A stretch of DNA of 64,000 bases. Origin: Naegleria gruberi. Taxonomy: Eukaryota. Position numbers and translations under genes: made by a program. Positions 32,682 to 44,255 of the stretch are shown here, one piece after another. A model generated the notes under the pieces. The model made no database searches. It was given only the letters and a program-made list of their open reading frames with translations, and was not told the DNA's origin. Positions within the stretch are counted from its first letter, which is position 1. Every line of letters begins with the position of its first letter. The stretch is from the NCBI GenBank assembly GCA_000004985.1, contig GG738850.1, one strand, 5' to 3'.

Positions 32682-32839
32682 TTTTTTATTATTTAAAATT
32701 ATGTTGATCTTTGGCTATGAGAAAGATTTCGCAATGAAATTCTGCAAAAACGAATCACAGATTGGAACCAAGTTGGAAAAAGTTCACCGAGTCAGTGACG
32801 TGGTTGTTCTGTATTCATATCAATGGTTAATAATCTTTA

Positions 32840-33547
32840 TTACAAATTCTTTTGAATGGCTTCTCTCATAACCTTGATGGTTTGTTGAGGTTGAGGAGAT
32901 TTGAAAATTGCAGAACCAGAAACAACAACGTTAGCTCCTGCTTCAGCTGCTGGAACAATGGTTGTTTCAGTAACACCACCATCAACTTGAATATTCAAAT
33001 GTGGATACTTTTCACGTAAAATCTTGACTTTTTCCATTTGATCAGCCATAAAAGATTGTCCACCAAATCCAGGTTCAACACTCATAATTAAAATCATATA
33101 AATGGATTCAGTATGATTATCCAAAATAGGGAATAAAACATCAACTGGAGTCTTTGGTTTGATAGTAATTGAAGTTTTGCATTGTTTTCCTTGTTTTTCA
33201 TTTTCTTCTTTAATTAAATTCATAACTTTTAATGTAGATTCCAAATCACCATTTTCCGATTCGTAATGGAAAGTAATATTATCAGCTCCTGCTTCAATAA
33301 AATCATGAATCCATTTACTTGGATGAGAAACCATCAAGTGGCAATCCAAAAATCCCTTGGTATGTTTTCTCAATGATTTAACTACTGGTGCTCCGATAGT
33401 AATATTATTAACAAAATGACCATCCATCACATCAACGTGTAACCAATCGGCTCCGAAATCTAACATTTGATTGGAATCGGCAGCGAGAGTGGCAAAGTCA
33501 GCACTAAGAATTGATGGACAAATAATGGCTTGGAGTTGTTGAGACAT
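32840..33547 (-). CDS. RPE: Ribulose-phosphate 3-epimerase
   Basis: Colinear with RPE: PSILSADFA, LHVDVMDGHFVNNIT, MVSHP, VEPGFGGQSF, VDGG, and SGSAIF. Confidence 0.92.
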   Translation of the reverse strand: MSQQLQAIICPSILSADFATLAADSNQMLDFGADWLHVDVMDGHFVNNITIGAPVVKSLRKHTKGFLDCHLMVSHPSKWIHDFIEAGADNITFHYESENGDLESTLKVMNLIKEENEKQGKQCKTSITIKPKTPVDVLFPILDNHTESIYMILIMSVEPGFGGQSFMADQMEKVKILREKYPHLNIQVDGGVTETTIVPAAEAGANVVVSGSAIFKSPQPQQTIKVMREAIQKNL

Positions 33548-33681
33548 TTTTTTAGAATTAATTTATTAATTTATTAGAATATTGTGTTTAATTTGTTTAA
33601 TTTTAGAAGGCGAATTAGTAAACATTTTAGTAAATATTGTCGGTACGGGAAATAATTGTACAGTGTGATTTATTAATGAAA

Positions 33682-36359
33682 TTACAGTTTGTCGGATTGC
33701 AATGTGAAACGAGGGAAGTTAATTCTAGGATAAGGTGTTTGAGAGAGTTTGACTTTGGAGGCCTTCTTATTGGCAAGGAGTAGTGAGGCAACTTCCTTTT
33801 TCCAGTTGTCTGCTTCTTTTTGTAATCCTTCAAATTCTTCTAAAGCTATTGAGACATAGATAATTAAATCTTTTGGAATGTCGAGGGATGGATTGTCGCG
33901 TACGAGATCATTAAATGATTTGGAATCTGCCTGAACTGATTTAAGTGTTTGAATAAATGTTTCAACCTTGCTCTTCAAAACTCTAAAATAATTTTGTTTA
34001 AGGATATATTGAATTAAATTCTCAATACTTACAAATCAATTGATTCTTCAACTCTTTGGAATTCACTATCAACGGCCTCTTCAGCTTGTGCTTCCTTCTT
34101 CTTCTTTTTCAATATTGAGGATGATCTAATCTTTGATACAGAGCTGTAGGAAACAATAGACTCAATACTTGGACGAGTTCCAGATATTGAAGTTCTTCTT
34201 GGTTCCATATCCAAACTACGACGTATGCCTGTATCTTCAACTGAAACTATTGTTCTCTTCTTTTCATAGGCTGGTGGCGTAAGTGAGTTACTGTTAGATC
34301 TGTCTCTTCCAACTATTGGAGAACTTGGTTTATCCTTCTTAGGTTTGTCTTGAGGAATGGCAGAGAGTGGTGCAAATTCTGAAAATACTGACGAAGAGTA
34401 TCTTTGCAATTTGAAAAGAATAATTCTTTGGAAGATGCTTCTAATGTCTGCACTCCAATGAAGGAACAAGTGATAGAATCTATCTCTCAACAAGTCATGC
34501 CCAATAAATTTCATTCTTGCCCTTCCGTTGAACAAGTCCAGAATATTATACACGAAAATTAAAGTTCTCGAAACAATTTGGAAATGGTCTGTTTCAAGAA
34601 GTCTCGAAATTGCTGTTTCAAAGAACTCGAAATTGAAGCTATATCACAAATTAATTCTTGATTAAATTTTCTAGTATACTTACTTCTCAGGTAGTGAACC
34701 AATAAATAGTTCAATATTAGAGTCATTAGATTCCAAGTAGAAATAGGTATGTTGATGTTTTTGATTTCTGTACAGTAAATATTGTTGGAATTGGTGTTCC
34801 AAGTGTCTCACTTCTTCGAACCACTTGTCCGTCCAATCTAGAGTGTAGAAAACTTGATCGGGGTTATATCCGTTAGTGTTTGAGAAGAAAATTTCCATCA
34901 AAATGTTAATCACTCTAGGGTTACGAAGAGCAATCAGGGAGCATGACAACCATTGCTTAAATGCGATGGATTCGTGGCCATCCTCACCTCTTGCTGATTC
35001 TTCTAATCTTTGAATTTTTTGTTCTTGTTTGTTAGTTGTATCAGTTGATGAAACAATAGCATCGCTAAAGTTAATATTGATATGTTGTTTCAAATAAATT
35101 TCACCCAATTGAGTAAAATGAGTTACAAGAGTAGTATATCCGGGCACTAGTTGCCAATGTTTGTTTGATGTATCATGTTTCATAATCTTACTGATTTGAT
35201 CCACAAATTCTGAGAAGAAATAATTGAAAAAGTCGGCTGAAACCTTTGATGTTGGTACCCACACAGATGCATTCTTCATCCATTCACTCATCTTGATTAG
35301 AATAGACTTGGTATTTGGATCATTGAGTGGATCAATTTCAAAGAAGAATTTAAAGTAGCACAGAGCTGTCTTGAGTACGAATAATTTTTCCTCATCCTCA
35401 GCTGGCTCTTCTTTTGTCTTTTCTTCTTCATCTGAGTCATATTGTCCTAGAAGGGTCGAGAGACTGGTCATTGAAGGGACATACTTTAAGTTTTTAAAAG
35501 ACTTTTTCTTAATGTCCAAGTTAGTGTTCACAATATCAACAGTTTCAGGTTCCACAAAATCGGAATCAAATTGTTTCAAACAAAGGCTAGCAACAAACAT
35601 CTCAATTTGATCGACCGATAATAATCGGAAACAGTTTACGGCCAGAACAGAAGCACAAAATCTCATCAATTCAACAACGATATTTTCATGCTTCTTCGTC
35701 TTTAGTACTTGGTTGATGACGAAATCTTGAGTTCTCACCAGTAATTCCTTGTATTCCAATAGGACCTTCTTTGATAGTTCATCATTACCGTCGGATTTCT
35801 TCATAGATCCTAGTAAAGAGCTTAGGAAACCTTTCTTTTGTGGTTGGTTGTTAGGATTAAATGTTGGACTAATTTTCAAGAATGATAGATCTGTTTCTGT
35901 AGATGATGAGAGATCGGCACCAGTGTGTGATGGAGAGACCTCCTTTGTTATTTGATTCAAAATTAGGTTTTGGAAATACTTTGGGTGAAATTCTCTTCTC
36001 TTGATCAACAATAAAATTAACTTGTAGCAAGGTAATCTATAATTAATGCTGATCATATCTATTCTAATAATCAAATACTTCCACACATCCAGGAATAGCT
36101 GTGATGCTTGGAGTCTCTTCTTTGTAATGTTGTGTGTTTCTTCCAATCCAATAACTCCCACATTGTTATCAATTGTTAAACCTCCGAAATCAAATCTTGG
36201 ATCTTCTTGAAACATTTCCAAGAGTTGAGATAATACATTCTCTTGGATCGTTTGTGATGACAGTAATTGTTTACACAATTTCTCTTGCTTTCCTGTCCAC
36301 TTTACCAGAAAATCCCTTCTGCTGGTAAATTGTTGTGTAGGGTCTTCTATAGCGCTCAT
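33682..36359 (-). CDS. Large conserved hypothetical protein (about 860 aa), 3 exons (36359-34684, 34638-34033, 33982-33682)
   Basis: Real ATG at 36359 (MSAIEDPT...). Introns 34683-34639 (GTAAGT, 45 nt) and 34032-33983 (GTAAGT, 50 nt) link three ORFs in phase. Helical-repeat-like composition; no domain recognised. Confidence 0.45.
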
Positions 36360-36845
36360 CAAATTTAAAATTGACTAATATAAATATTAAAATATGATGA
36401 TGATTAGTCAAGATTGCCAAAGCTGCCTGATGATAGCAAATCTGATGATATGAAAAGAAAGGCTTTTTTTTATTTTTGGAATTTTGAAAATATAGGCCTT
36501 ATTTGTGAGTATGAAATGACTTCAACCTTCTCCGACCAGCCGTGATGCAACGGCTCTTTGGCATAATTATGGAAGACATTGATCCAATTTTAAATAGTGG
36601 TGTTTCATCAATCTTCCAAAGATTTTTGTATTGTCGCTAAAACCTTGTTGGCTGATATATATTGGTAGGAAATCATTCTTGTTATCAATTTACAAAGACA
36701 ACAATATCTCTGTTTGTGTAGAACGTTTGTTGGTATGAATTATATTGAATGTTTAGAAACCAATTAATTTCCCTTATCTCGGAACATTAACGAGGTCTGG
36801 GGTTGAAATTTTCTTCTTGAAATGCTTGAGTGATTAATTTGGTGC

Positions 36846-37874
36846 TTACAGTTGTTGATTGGTATTATTCATTCGTTGTAAATATTCGTTCAATCTGAGC
36901 TGAATGACAAACTTATTGAGATGATAGACAAAATATTCGTCAGAGTTTTCCATTTTGATTTCGTGAAGATCTTTGAGTTGAATCCAAGGTTTGGACTTTT
37001 CTATTGAGCTGAGCTTGTTCATGATCAGTTGATGGTATTCACTTCGTTTCTCTTCAGAGGGAAGATGATTTCTCACCTTCATTAATTGATCTCTTTCCTC
37101 AGAGCCATTTTCAAACCAGATACGTGGGGGTTTTCCTTGAATTAATCTCTCAGTTTCGTAACACAATCTTAGTGAGTGGTAGTAATTCTTTTGGTAACCT
37201 CGTTTGATTTTACCCTCTCCTTGTTGTAATTGTCTTTTAGCAAATGCACAATGAGATGAAATAACCTTCTTATTTAAGAATTGAATGTTTAACTTTTTCA
37301 AAGGTTCCCATTCTCTTGATTGATATTTATATGGGAAGAAATCTGGAACGAATAATGTTTGAAATACGAAAGGATTTCCATGTAGACACAATTCCAAATA
37401 TTTTCCAATTTCTAATTAATTATTAGATTAATCCAAATAATATAAATATTAATATTATTATTTTGTTGTAATTAATAGTAATAAATTAATAATAATTATT
37501 ATAATAAATAATGATCTGATCAAAGTACACAACCTACCAAAACATGAAATATCATTTCCATCCTTTGTTACGGTACAAATTCCCTTATCAGCCAAATTCA
37601 ACACCTTTGCCTTGGCACTTCCAATGCTACTAATATCAACATATGATAATTTTGGTTCATCAATAGAAAAAGAAGGCATTGATAGGAATTGCTCACACGG
37701 TAACATGTAAATCATGACAAAATCAAAATCACTCTTATTTTCATTCTTTAAATTGTAGAGTGTTGATCCGACAGCTGTGATGAACAGTAATTTAGCCTTT
37801 GGTGAAACATTTTCCTTCAGGAAATCCTCACCCATCAATTTGATAGAATTTTCATCGAATTGTTTGTTGTTCAT
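36846..37874 (-). CDS. Minimal nucleotidyltransferase-fold (Pol-beta superfamily) protein, 2 exons (37874-37538, 37411-36846)
   Basis: N-terminal LLFITAVGSTLYNL...SDFDFVMIYMLP matches the GS...[DE]h[DE]h nucleotidyltransferase signature. A 126-nt AT-rich intron, 37537-37412, has a GTAGGT donor and AG acceptor; phase verified (...DISCF|E|IGKYLELCLHG...). Confidence 0.45.
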
Positions 37875-37879
37875 TTTTT

Positions 37880-39480
37880 TTAATCAAATACCTAAACAGA
37901 AAAACCTTAGAGTACTTGGCCATTACCCTTGGGATGATACTTTGGTAACACAAGACATCCAATCCAAGATAGACAAATTCACAAAATCATTAAGATTTTT
38001 ACCATTATTCAAATTACAGCCAACAAACCTTAAAATAATTATGCATGCTAAAGCAATCAGCCTATTCACTCACCTCTCAAAAATCAATATAATCCCTTTA
38101 AAGAAAGCTCAGGAAATAGATCGTGCAATTAGAGGTGCAATCAGACGTAAATTATTAATGGACAGAGCAACTCCAACAAGTTTCTTTCACCTGCCATTAG
38201 AAGAAGGTGGATTAGGATTACCATCAATTGAGGAATTCTCTGAAAGAATGAATTTAAGAACTATGAATTTAATCGCCAATAATAAGAATAAGTTAATAAG
38301 AAAAGCTTTCAAACATGGTATCAAACATTGTGAGGAAACTAAAGATAATATTTATGCTAAATGGTTATCTGTACTTAAAGAATATAATCTCACATTTGTG
38401 CAGAATGATACGAAATTTAGAATAGCCAAAATTAAAACAGGGAATAGTTTCGATATCCATACAGATGGATCTAGAATTAATCAAAAGACAGGAATGGGTA
38501 TTAATATTTATGATACCTCAAATAGATCAGTTCCTTGTAAAACTTTATCCCTCAGAATCAATAATCATTATTCAAATAATATAGCCGAAATATGCTCTAT
38601 AATAACTTCTATTAATGTAATCCCACGAAACTCTAAAGTTACCATTCATACTGATAGTGAAGTTGCAATAGAAGTTCTCAAAGATAGATACAAAGGAGAT
38701 TTTCTAACATTAAAAGAAGCCTTCTTTAGAACAACCAAAAATAGAAAAATAGAATATGAAATTAAGAAAGTTGAAGCACACAAAGATAGCGAGAATATCA
38801 AGGTTGATTTAATAGCAAAGAATGCTACAACCAGAGATGATATTTTTGATATTCGTAATTTACTCAAGAATCAACACCTCCTTGTTAAGGATGGTGTTGT
38901 CATCTTCAATCATAAGAAGATGACCATAACAAGACATTTAAGTGTAAGACATAATAAGATGAATGAAAACCCTAACTTTATTCTAAACCAAAGTTGGTAT
39001 TCTCTTAATGTGCAATACCTTAAAACTCGTCTTACTCCTAAAACTAAATACTTTATATGGAGAAATTCCATCAATGCCCATATCAATTTTGGTAAGGGTA
39101 AAAGTTTCTGTTACGATTGTGGTACAGAATCTGATTTATTCCATTACATTCATGAGTGCCCTGGCTTGGATAGTGCCAGGTATTTTTGTCAGTCAAAGAT
39201 ATCTGATATTCTTGAAGGGAGAGAGTGCTTACTTTCTCATTTTCAATTCAAACCAGAAAAGCATCACCATGCATTACATTTCCATCATAACGGAATCACC
39301 TCTTTCGAAGATGGATACATGCAATTCCATAAAGACATCGCTAAGAAGTGGCCAGAGATCCAAGGTGCCATTTCTAACTTTGTCGGCCGTTCCTATTCTA
39401 ACTATTATATTGACTCCAAATAATTTATATAACCTATGAGAATCTGAATAGATTCGTTATTGTCGTAATAAAAGATTTTT
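37880..39480 (+). mobile_element. 5'-truncated non-LTR (LINE) retrotransposon remnant: ORF2 tail with RT thumb, RNase H and zf-RVT (CCHC-like) domains
   Basis: RT C-terminal/thumb region (KNLRVLGHYPWDD...LPLEEGGLGLP). RNase H motifs (HTDGS ... AEICS ... IHTDSE ... KVEAHKDSENIKVDLIAKNA). zf-RVT-like motif (PKTKYFIWRNSIN...CYDCGTESDLFHYIHEC). No catalytic RT motifs or endonuclease upstream, so the copy is truncated. The ORF-track coordinates 37777-37879 are read-through into the neighbouring gene, not element sequence. Confidence 0.65.
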
Positions 39481-39583
39481 TTTAATCAAATTCAACAACG
39501 AATCTTGTTATTTTTGGATTTATTACAAAATCTTGGAAAACCGATGATGTTCATTAAGGATATTCTTAATACTATAACAAGAA

Positions 39584-39654
39584 GCGTCGATGGTTTAGTG
39601 GTAGAATACGGCGTTGCCATCGCCGTGACCCGGGTTCAATTCCCGGTCGACGCA
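39584..39654 (+). tRNA. tRNA-Gly (anticodon GCC)
   Basis: 71-nt cloverleaf: acceptor GCGTCGA/TCGACGC, D-arm TGGTTTAGTGGTAGAATA, anticodon stem CGGCG/CGCCG with loop TTGCCAT, T-arm CCGGGTTCAATTCCCGG. Confidence 0.9.
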
Positions 39655-39662
39655 GCCATTAC

Positions 39663-39673
39663 TTTTTTATTTT
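39663..39673 (+). terminator. Pol III terminator T-run downstream of tRNA-Gly
   Basis: TTTTTTATTTT begins 9 nt after the tRNA 3' end. Confidence 0.45.
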
Positions 39674-40215
39674 ATACTCACAAAACCTCAATAACTCAAC
39701 TTTTTGTACATAAAAGTAGACATGTGCTACTACCTATCACTGAAATTTCATCCTTCCATAATTTGTAATCATCGAGAAAATAATCACAGTTTTGCTGCCA
39801 TTTTTTTAAAAGAAAAAATATTAAATAAAAAATTGAAATCCATCAAAAATAAATAATATGAATAAACATTAAGAGTTCATCAGAGTGGTCTGATGTGTTA
39901 CATGATTTCTTGAGGAGATGAAGGCATGTAAATTAGATTTCCTAACTCCACTCTTGAGTAAGATTAGAGCTGAAAAGAAGAAGAATATTAAGGAGTGATA
40001 TTGGACTCCAAGTGACAATGCTCAGAACAGTACAGAACAGAGTAGAAGTTTAATCCTTTCTAATCATCTCTAGTGAATGAAAAGTTTCTTCACACTTAGA
40101 AACTTACTCCCATGGTTGCTGTCAATGAAAATTATTGCACTGTACAATTCCTTGCACACAACTTTTTTAATTACTTGTTAATCAATTACGCAATAATAAT
40201 CTATCAAAATTGTGT

Positions 40216-40857
40216 TTATTTCTTTCCACAGAAAGTCATCTTATCGGTACGACATTCATTAAGTCTTTCCAAATTAATGAATTGAACATCTTGCTTACAT
40301 GAATTGGTTTGCCAAATACGTTTCTCTGACCAGGTTGAATTACATGAGATGGAGTAACTTTCAGCACCATTAGAAATGCATGTATTCAATGGAGTTGCAG
40401 CAATTGATCTAACAACATCATTTTTACAATCAACCTTTCCATTGAAATTAACATGTCTGAAAGTCCACAACATTGCTGGATAATCATTGAAATTGAAAGA
40501 ACCACATTCGATGGTGTAAGGTTGCTCTGGATCACTACAAGTTTCATCTGGAGTATAAATATTATCACCTTCGGTTTCACAATTAGAACAATTACTATTG
40601 CACGATGTTCCCCAGGTGTATCTGACCTTACCTGGAGCAATTTGTGTGCATTGGGAGATTGAATAGCCATAGGTTGGATCACTAGAAGGAACACACAGAT
40701 TCGTCTTCTCAGCATAGATAGATTGGACGGTCCCAATGCATGAAGAACTACCTTTAGCATAATATTTGAATTTCACATATTGATTGTCTTGGTGAGAGTG
40801 GCAGATGGTGATGGCCAAGAAGAGGGTGAGGAGCAAAAGGGAATTGAATAATTTCAT
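40216..40857 (-). CDS. Secreted Cys-rich protein (signal peptide MKLFNSLLLLTLFLAITICHS); pattern reminiscent of ponticulin-like Cys-rich proteins
   Basis: ATG at 40857, hydrophobic signal, more than 20 Cys, repeated Y..Y...C.G...C spacing. No C-terminal GPI or TM signal. Confidence 0.5.
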   Translation of the reverse strand: MKLFNSLLLLTLFLAITICHSHQDNQYVKFKYYAKGSSSCIGTVQSIYAEKTNLCVPSSDPTYGYSISQCTQIAPGKVRYTWGTSCNSNCSNCETEGDNIYTPDETCSDPEQPYTIECGSFNFNDYPAMLWTFRHVNFNGKVDCKNDVVRSIAATPLNTCISNGAESYSISCNSTWSEKRIWQTNSCKQDVQFINLERLNECRTDKMTFCGKK

Positions 40858-41150
40858 TGTTTTTGTTTTTTTTAACGAAGAGAATGCAAAGATAAGATTC
40901 GGCCAGTTTCGAACCGGCAAGAGCTGTTCCCTTCAGACTCTTTTGGCTGCCTAAAGCAGATAGAATTTTGTGTAGTGGAAGATAAGTTTGACAGCCCCTA
41001 TCTATTTCAAATTTGACTAGGTTACAGAGAAACACCACGCTTGCTAAGTGTTCACCACAACTTTACAATATTCGAATTTGTGGCTGTAGACACTTCCATT
41101 AATAAACAAGTCCATTGGCTGCATTTCAAATTAACTTAGCAACATGATGT

Positions 41151-41417
41151 TTGTTCTTTTGCTTTGTATACTTCTTGGTTGCAAGTGCATTGCTACTCGA
41201 TACTTCATATGGTGCTTTGAGAACTCAATATTTGTATCAGGGCACTGGATGTCATTCAGGTGATTATTTCATGAAGTCCATTCGTGGTAGTGTTGCAGGA
41301 TGTAATGTAACTGAGTGTGCTCCATATGTTGCCGAACCAACTGTTCTCTCAAGTATGAATGTCCAACTTCATATCCAAGTAATCCAGAGCTTGCATTTGG
41401 TGGAATTCAACATCTGA
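41151..41417 (+). CDS. Cys-rich ponticulin-like domain fragment (YLYQGTGCHSGDYF...GCNVTEC) lacking an in-frame ATG; unresolved 5' exon or pseudogene
   Basis: The track start is TTG. A signal-peptide-like ATG, ATGATGTTTGTTCTTTTGCTTTGTATACTTCTTGG at 41144, lies in another frame. I could not find a canonical intron that joins them. Confidence 0.25.
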   Translation: MFFCFVYFLVASALLLDTSYGALRTQYLYQGTGCHSGDYFMKSIRGSVAGCNVTECAPYVAEPTVLSSMNVQLHIQVIQSLHLVEFNI

Positions 41418-41436
41418 TGATCATATCAGAGAGTTA

Positions 41437-43104
41437 TTGACACGAGCAGGATACGACTCACCACAAAAGATTAACAGCACTGGAGCATTTGGTACTATAT
41501 TCAGGGTAGAAGATTCCATTCTAAAAGTTCTAAACTATTATAATTTAATGTCAAGTTTGCGAAAGATTCTAATTAAGGAGTATTATTTGGGAAGAAATGT
41601 TAGGGAGGAGGGAGTTCGGTACTATGGACTCATGTATAATGATGTCAAGAAATCTATTGTTGATATTAAGAGGATTATCATTCTCTCCAAAAACTTTGTT
41701 GCTCTCGAAATGAAATATTACAAATTTGGAGATTTGAGAAATTTGGTTTCTCCAAAATTGGCACTTCCACTTTCTACTCATATTTCCAGAAAGATTCTTA
41801 AAGATGTTTCGAAAGGATTGCTAAAATTGAAGGAGAATAACATTGTCCATTGTGATGTCAAGTTGGAAAATATTTTCATTGAGAAACTCGATCAACAAGA
41901 GGCAAGAATTAGAGTTATTTTAGGAGATTTTGGTGTTTCTACATTCGGAACTGATGATGAAACTCATCTTAAAGGTACAATGAAATATTTATCTCCTGAA
42001 GCTCAATATGAACATGATTATTCATCCAAGTCTGACGTTTATGCCCTTGGTGTTGTAATGAAATGTTTAACTCAAAACGATCCACATGTCAATAGAGAAT
42101 TTCTTGACAAGATGACACATCCAATTAAGGGTGAACGTTATGATATTGAGGATGTTAGAAAAAATCTTGATGATATCATCCTAATCAAGAGACATCCAAT
42201 AGATGTTCTTTCAACAATCAATGATGAATGTGAAATCATAGGCACATCAATTGTCTTGAATGGTTTCAGATATTCTGCCACTGAATACTTGGAAATCACC
42301 AATTTACAAACTGGAGAAACTTCTATGCGTTACTTCAATGAGTATATCAAATTAGCCAATTGGTGTCGCAGTAGAGATAGTGATATGTTCAATGCAAGTG
42401 ATTACTGTGGTGCCTTGTTCATCTTTCAAAACAGTAAGAATGTAATAATCCTATTCCAATCCGCCTATGACAAGGGTTTTGCTGTTTTTAATTTGAATTT
42501 TGCATTGACTCAAATTATTGTCTACCCGACATACTTTCCAAATACTATACTCGATATGAAAGTGCAGGAAGAAACCGTTTCAATTAAGACAAAGGAGGAA
42601 GATGGTGATGAAGAGTGGGTTGAATATCCACATCCGTGGTGGAATTCTGAAATGAGAGAAACTATTTTCAGTAATGAGGATGACAATTACAACGAGAACA
42701 GTGATTACACATATAGGCATCAAGTTGAAAAATTAGAAACCTATCTCACAACAAGTCATGATGAACCTCCAAAATCCTTTGCAGATGAGCTCAAACTATT
42801 CTCAAATTTTCCTTACAAAATTGAAAAACTTGAAAAGGAAACATCATATGGAGTCAATATCTATTCATTCCCATTAGAAAACTGTTTTGCAGGAGTGTGC
42901 ATCCTTTCAAAGAGATACAAAATATTTGAATACGTTGTGAACAATGTGAATGTTGATCATTTTAGTGATCCTGCTTTCCATCAAGCTCTAGAAAGAAAGA
43001 AAGCTGTTGTTGCTTGGGAATTCCTGTCTGATTACATTGTTATGATTTCAAATGTCCAAAAGATGACTCAAATAGCCGAAACCAATGAAACTTTGATTTT
43101 TTGA
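41437..43104 (+). CDS. Ser/Thr protein kinase with about 250-aa C-terminal extension; 5' end unresolved (no in-frame ATG before the Gly-loop)
   Basis: Kinase motifs: Gly-loop STGAFGT, catalytic loop HCDVKLEN, DFG (GDFGVS), and the GTMKYLSPE activation segment. The frame is open from 41419 with no ATG, so an upstream exon is required. It may be spliced from the 41144-41417 region. Confidence 0.65.
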   Translation: MTRAGYDSPQKINSTGAFGTIFRVEDSILKVLNYYNLMSSLRKILIKEYYLGRNVREEGVRYYGLMYNDVKKSIVDIKRIIILSKNFVALEMKYYKFGDLRNLVSPKLALPLSTHISRKILKDVSKGLLKLKENNIVHCDVKLENIFIEKLDQQEARIRVILGDFGVSTFGTDDETHLKGTMKYLSPEAQYEHDYSSKSDVYALGVVMKCLTQNDPHVNREFLDKMTHPIKGERYDIEDVRKNLDDIILIKRHPIDVLSTINDECEIIGTSIVLNGFRYSATEYLEITNLQTGETSMRYFNEYIKLANWCRSRDSDMFNASDYCGALFIFQNSKNVIILFQSAYDKGFAVFNLNFALTQIIVYPTYFPNTILDMKVQEETVSIKTKEEDGDEEWVEYPHPWWNSEMRETIFSNEDDNYNENSDYTYRHQVEKLETYLTTSHDEPPKSFADELKLFSNFPYKIEKLEKETSYGVNIYSFPLENCFAGVCILSKRYKIFEYVVNNVNVDHFSDPAFHQALERKKAVVAWEFLSDYIVMISNVQKMTQIAETNETLIF

Positions 43105-43288
43105 AAAATTTATTGGAAAGTATGAATTATACCTCTAAGGGTGTGTTTTCATCTTCATTTGGAGGTTCTTTATATCAATGTGCAAATAATGATGGAGATG
43201 ATAATGAATCATCAAATAGGTGGAATGACGTATAAATATTTATAATTTTAAATATATTGATTTTTTTTCAAAATAAAAATTAAAAAAA

Positions 43289-44020
43289 ATGGGAATTTTA
43301 TTTGGAAAGATGTGGGAGCGATTGTTCGGGGATGAACAAGTAAAAATTTGTATTGTTGGATTGGACAATGCAGGTAAAACAACAACTCTCTATAAATTGT
43401 ATGTTGTTTATTTGTGTGATTGTGTGGATTGAAAAATTTTGAATGATCATCGTGATGATTAAATTACTGATGATTATTTTCAATAATTTAATATTAAATA
43501 TTAAATTATTATTGTGGATATTTGTGATGATCGGAATTTAATCATCAACATTTTTAATTTACTGATGAATTATAGACATTTGGGTGAAATTGTAGAAACT
43601 CAACCAACGATCGGAAGTAATGTCGAAGAAGTCAACTATAAAAACATCAAAATGCAAATGTGGGATTTAGGAGGACAAAGTTCACTGAGAGCTAGTTGGC
43701 AAATATACTTTTCCAATTCACAAGGAATTATTCTAGTAGTTGACAGTACAGATAGAAATAGAATTTCAATTGTAAAGGAAGAATTATTCAGAATTTTGGA
43801 ATGTGCAGAATTGAAAGGAGCTTCAATTCTGGTTTTTGCAAACAAACAAGATGTTAAAGGGGCCATGACAGCAACAGAAGTGTCAAAAGCTCTCAATTTA
43901 CAAAATATCAAGAGTCATGATTGGCATATTCAATCATGTTGTGCCTTAACAGGTGATGGTCTTGGTCCTGGAATGGATTGGTTAACAGAAAGAATTTCCA
44001 GCCACAAGACATCCAAATAA
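43289..44020 (+). CDS. ARL5: ADP-ribosylation factor-like GTPase 5 (ARL5), 2 exons (43289-43398, 43576-44020), 184 aa
   Basis: [37 protein letters not shown]|[19 protein letters not shown]...WDLGGQ...ANKQDV...[14 protein letters not shown] is colinear with ARL5. The intron is 43399-43575 (GTATGT ... TTATAG, 177 nt); phase verified. Confidence 0.88.
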
Positions 44021-44255
44021 TTCACTCTCAAATAATGTACATATAAAAAATAACTCTTATTTCAACAATTTATTAAAATTATTTATTAATTATAAATTAG
44101 CCGTTAAATTTTTCGCCAATTTTTTTCCACGACAAATTTTCGCCGCTGTTATTTTGGCTTATTTGTTGTTTGAGGTTTTTTGATGGTTTTTTCTTAAAGA
44201 GCGCAAAGAATCAAAGTTTCATTCCATACAATCATAAAACAAATACAACAAAACA

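Noticed and set aside
37777-37879. 5' part of the ORF-track entry 37777..39423 overlapping the minus-strand nucleotidyltransferase exon
   Set aside because: The overlap is read-through of an open frame. LINE homology begins only at about 37880, and the region encodes the NTase N-terminus (MNNKQFDEN...) on the opposite strand.
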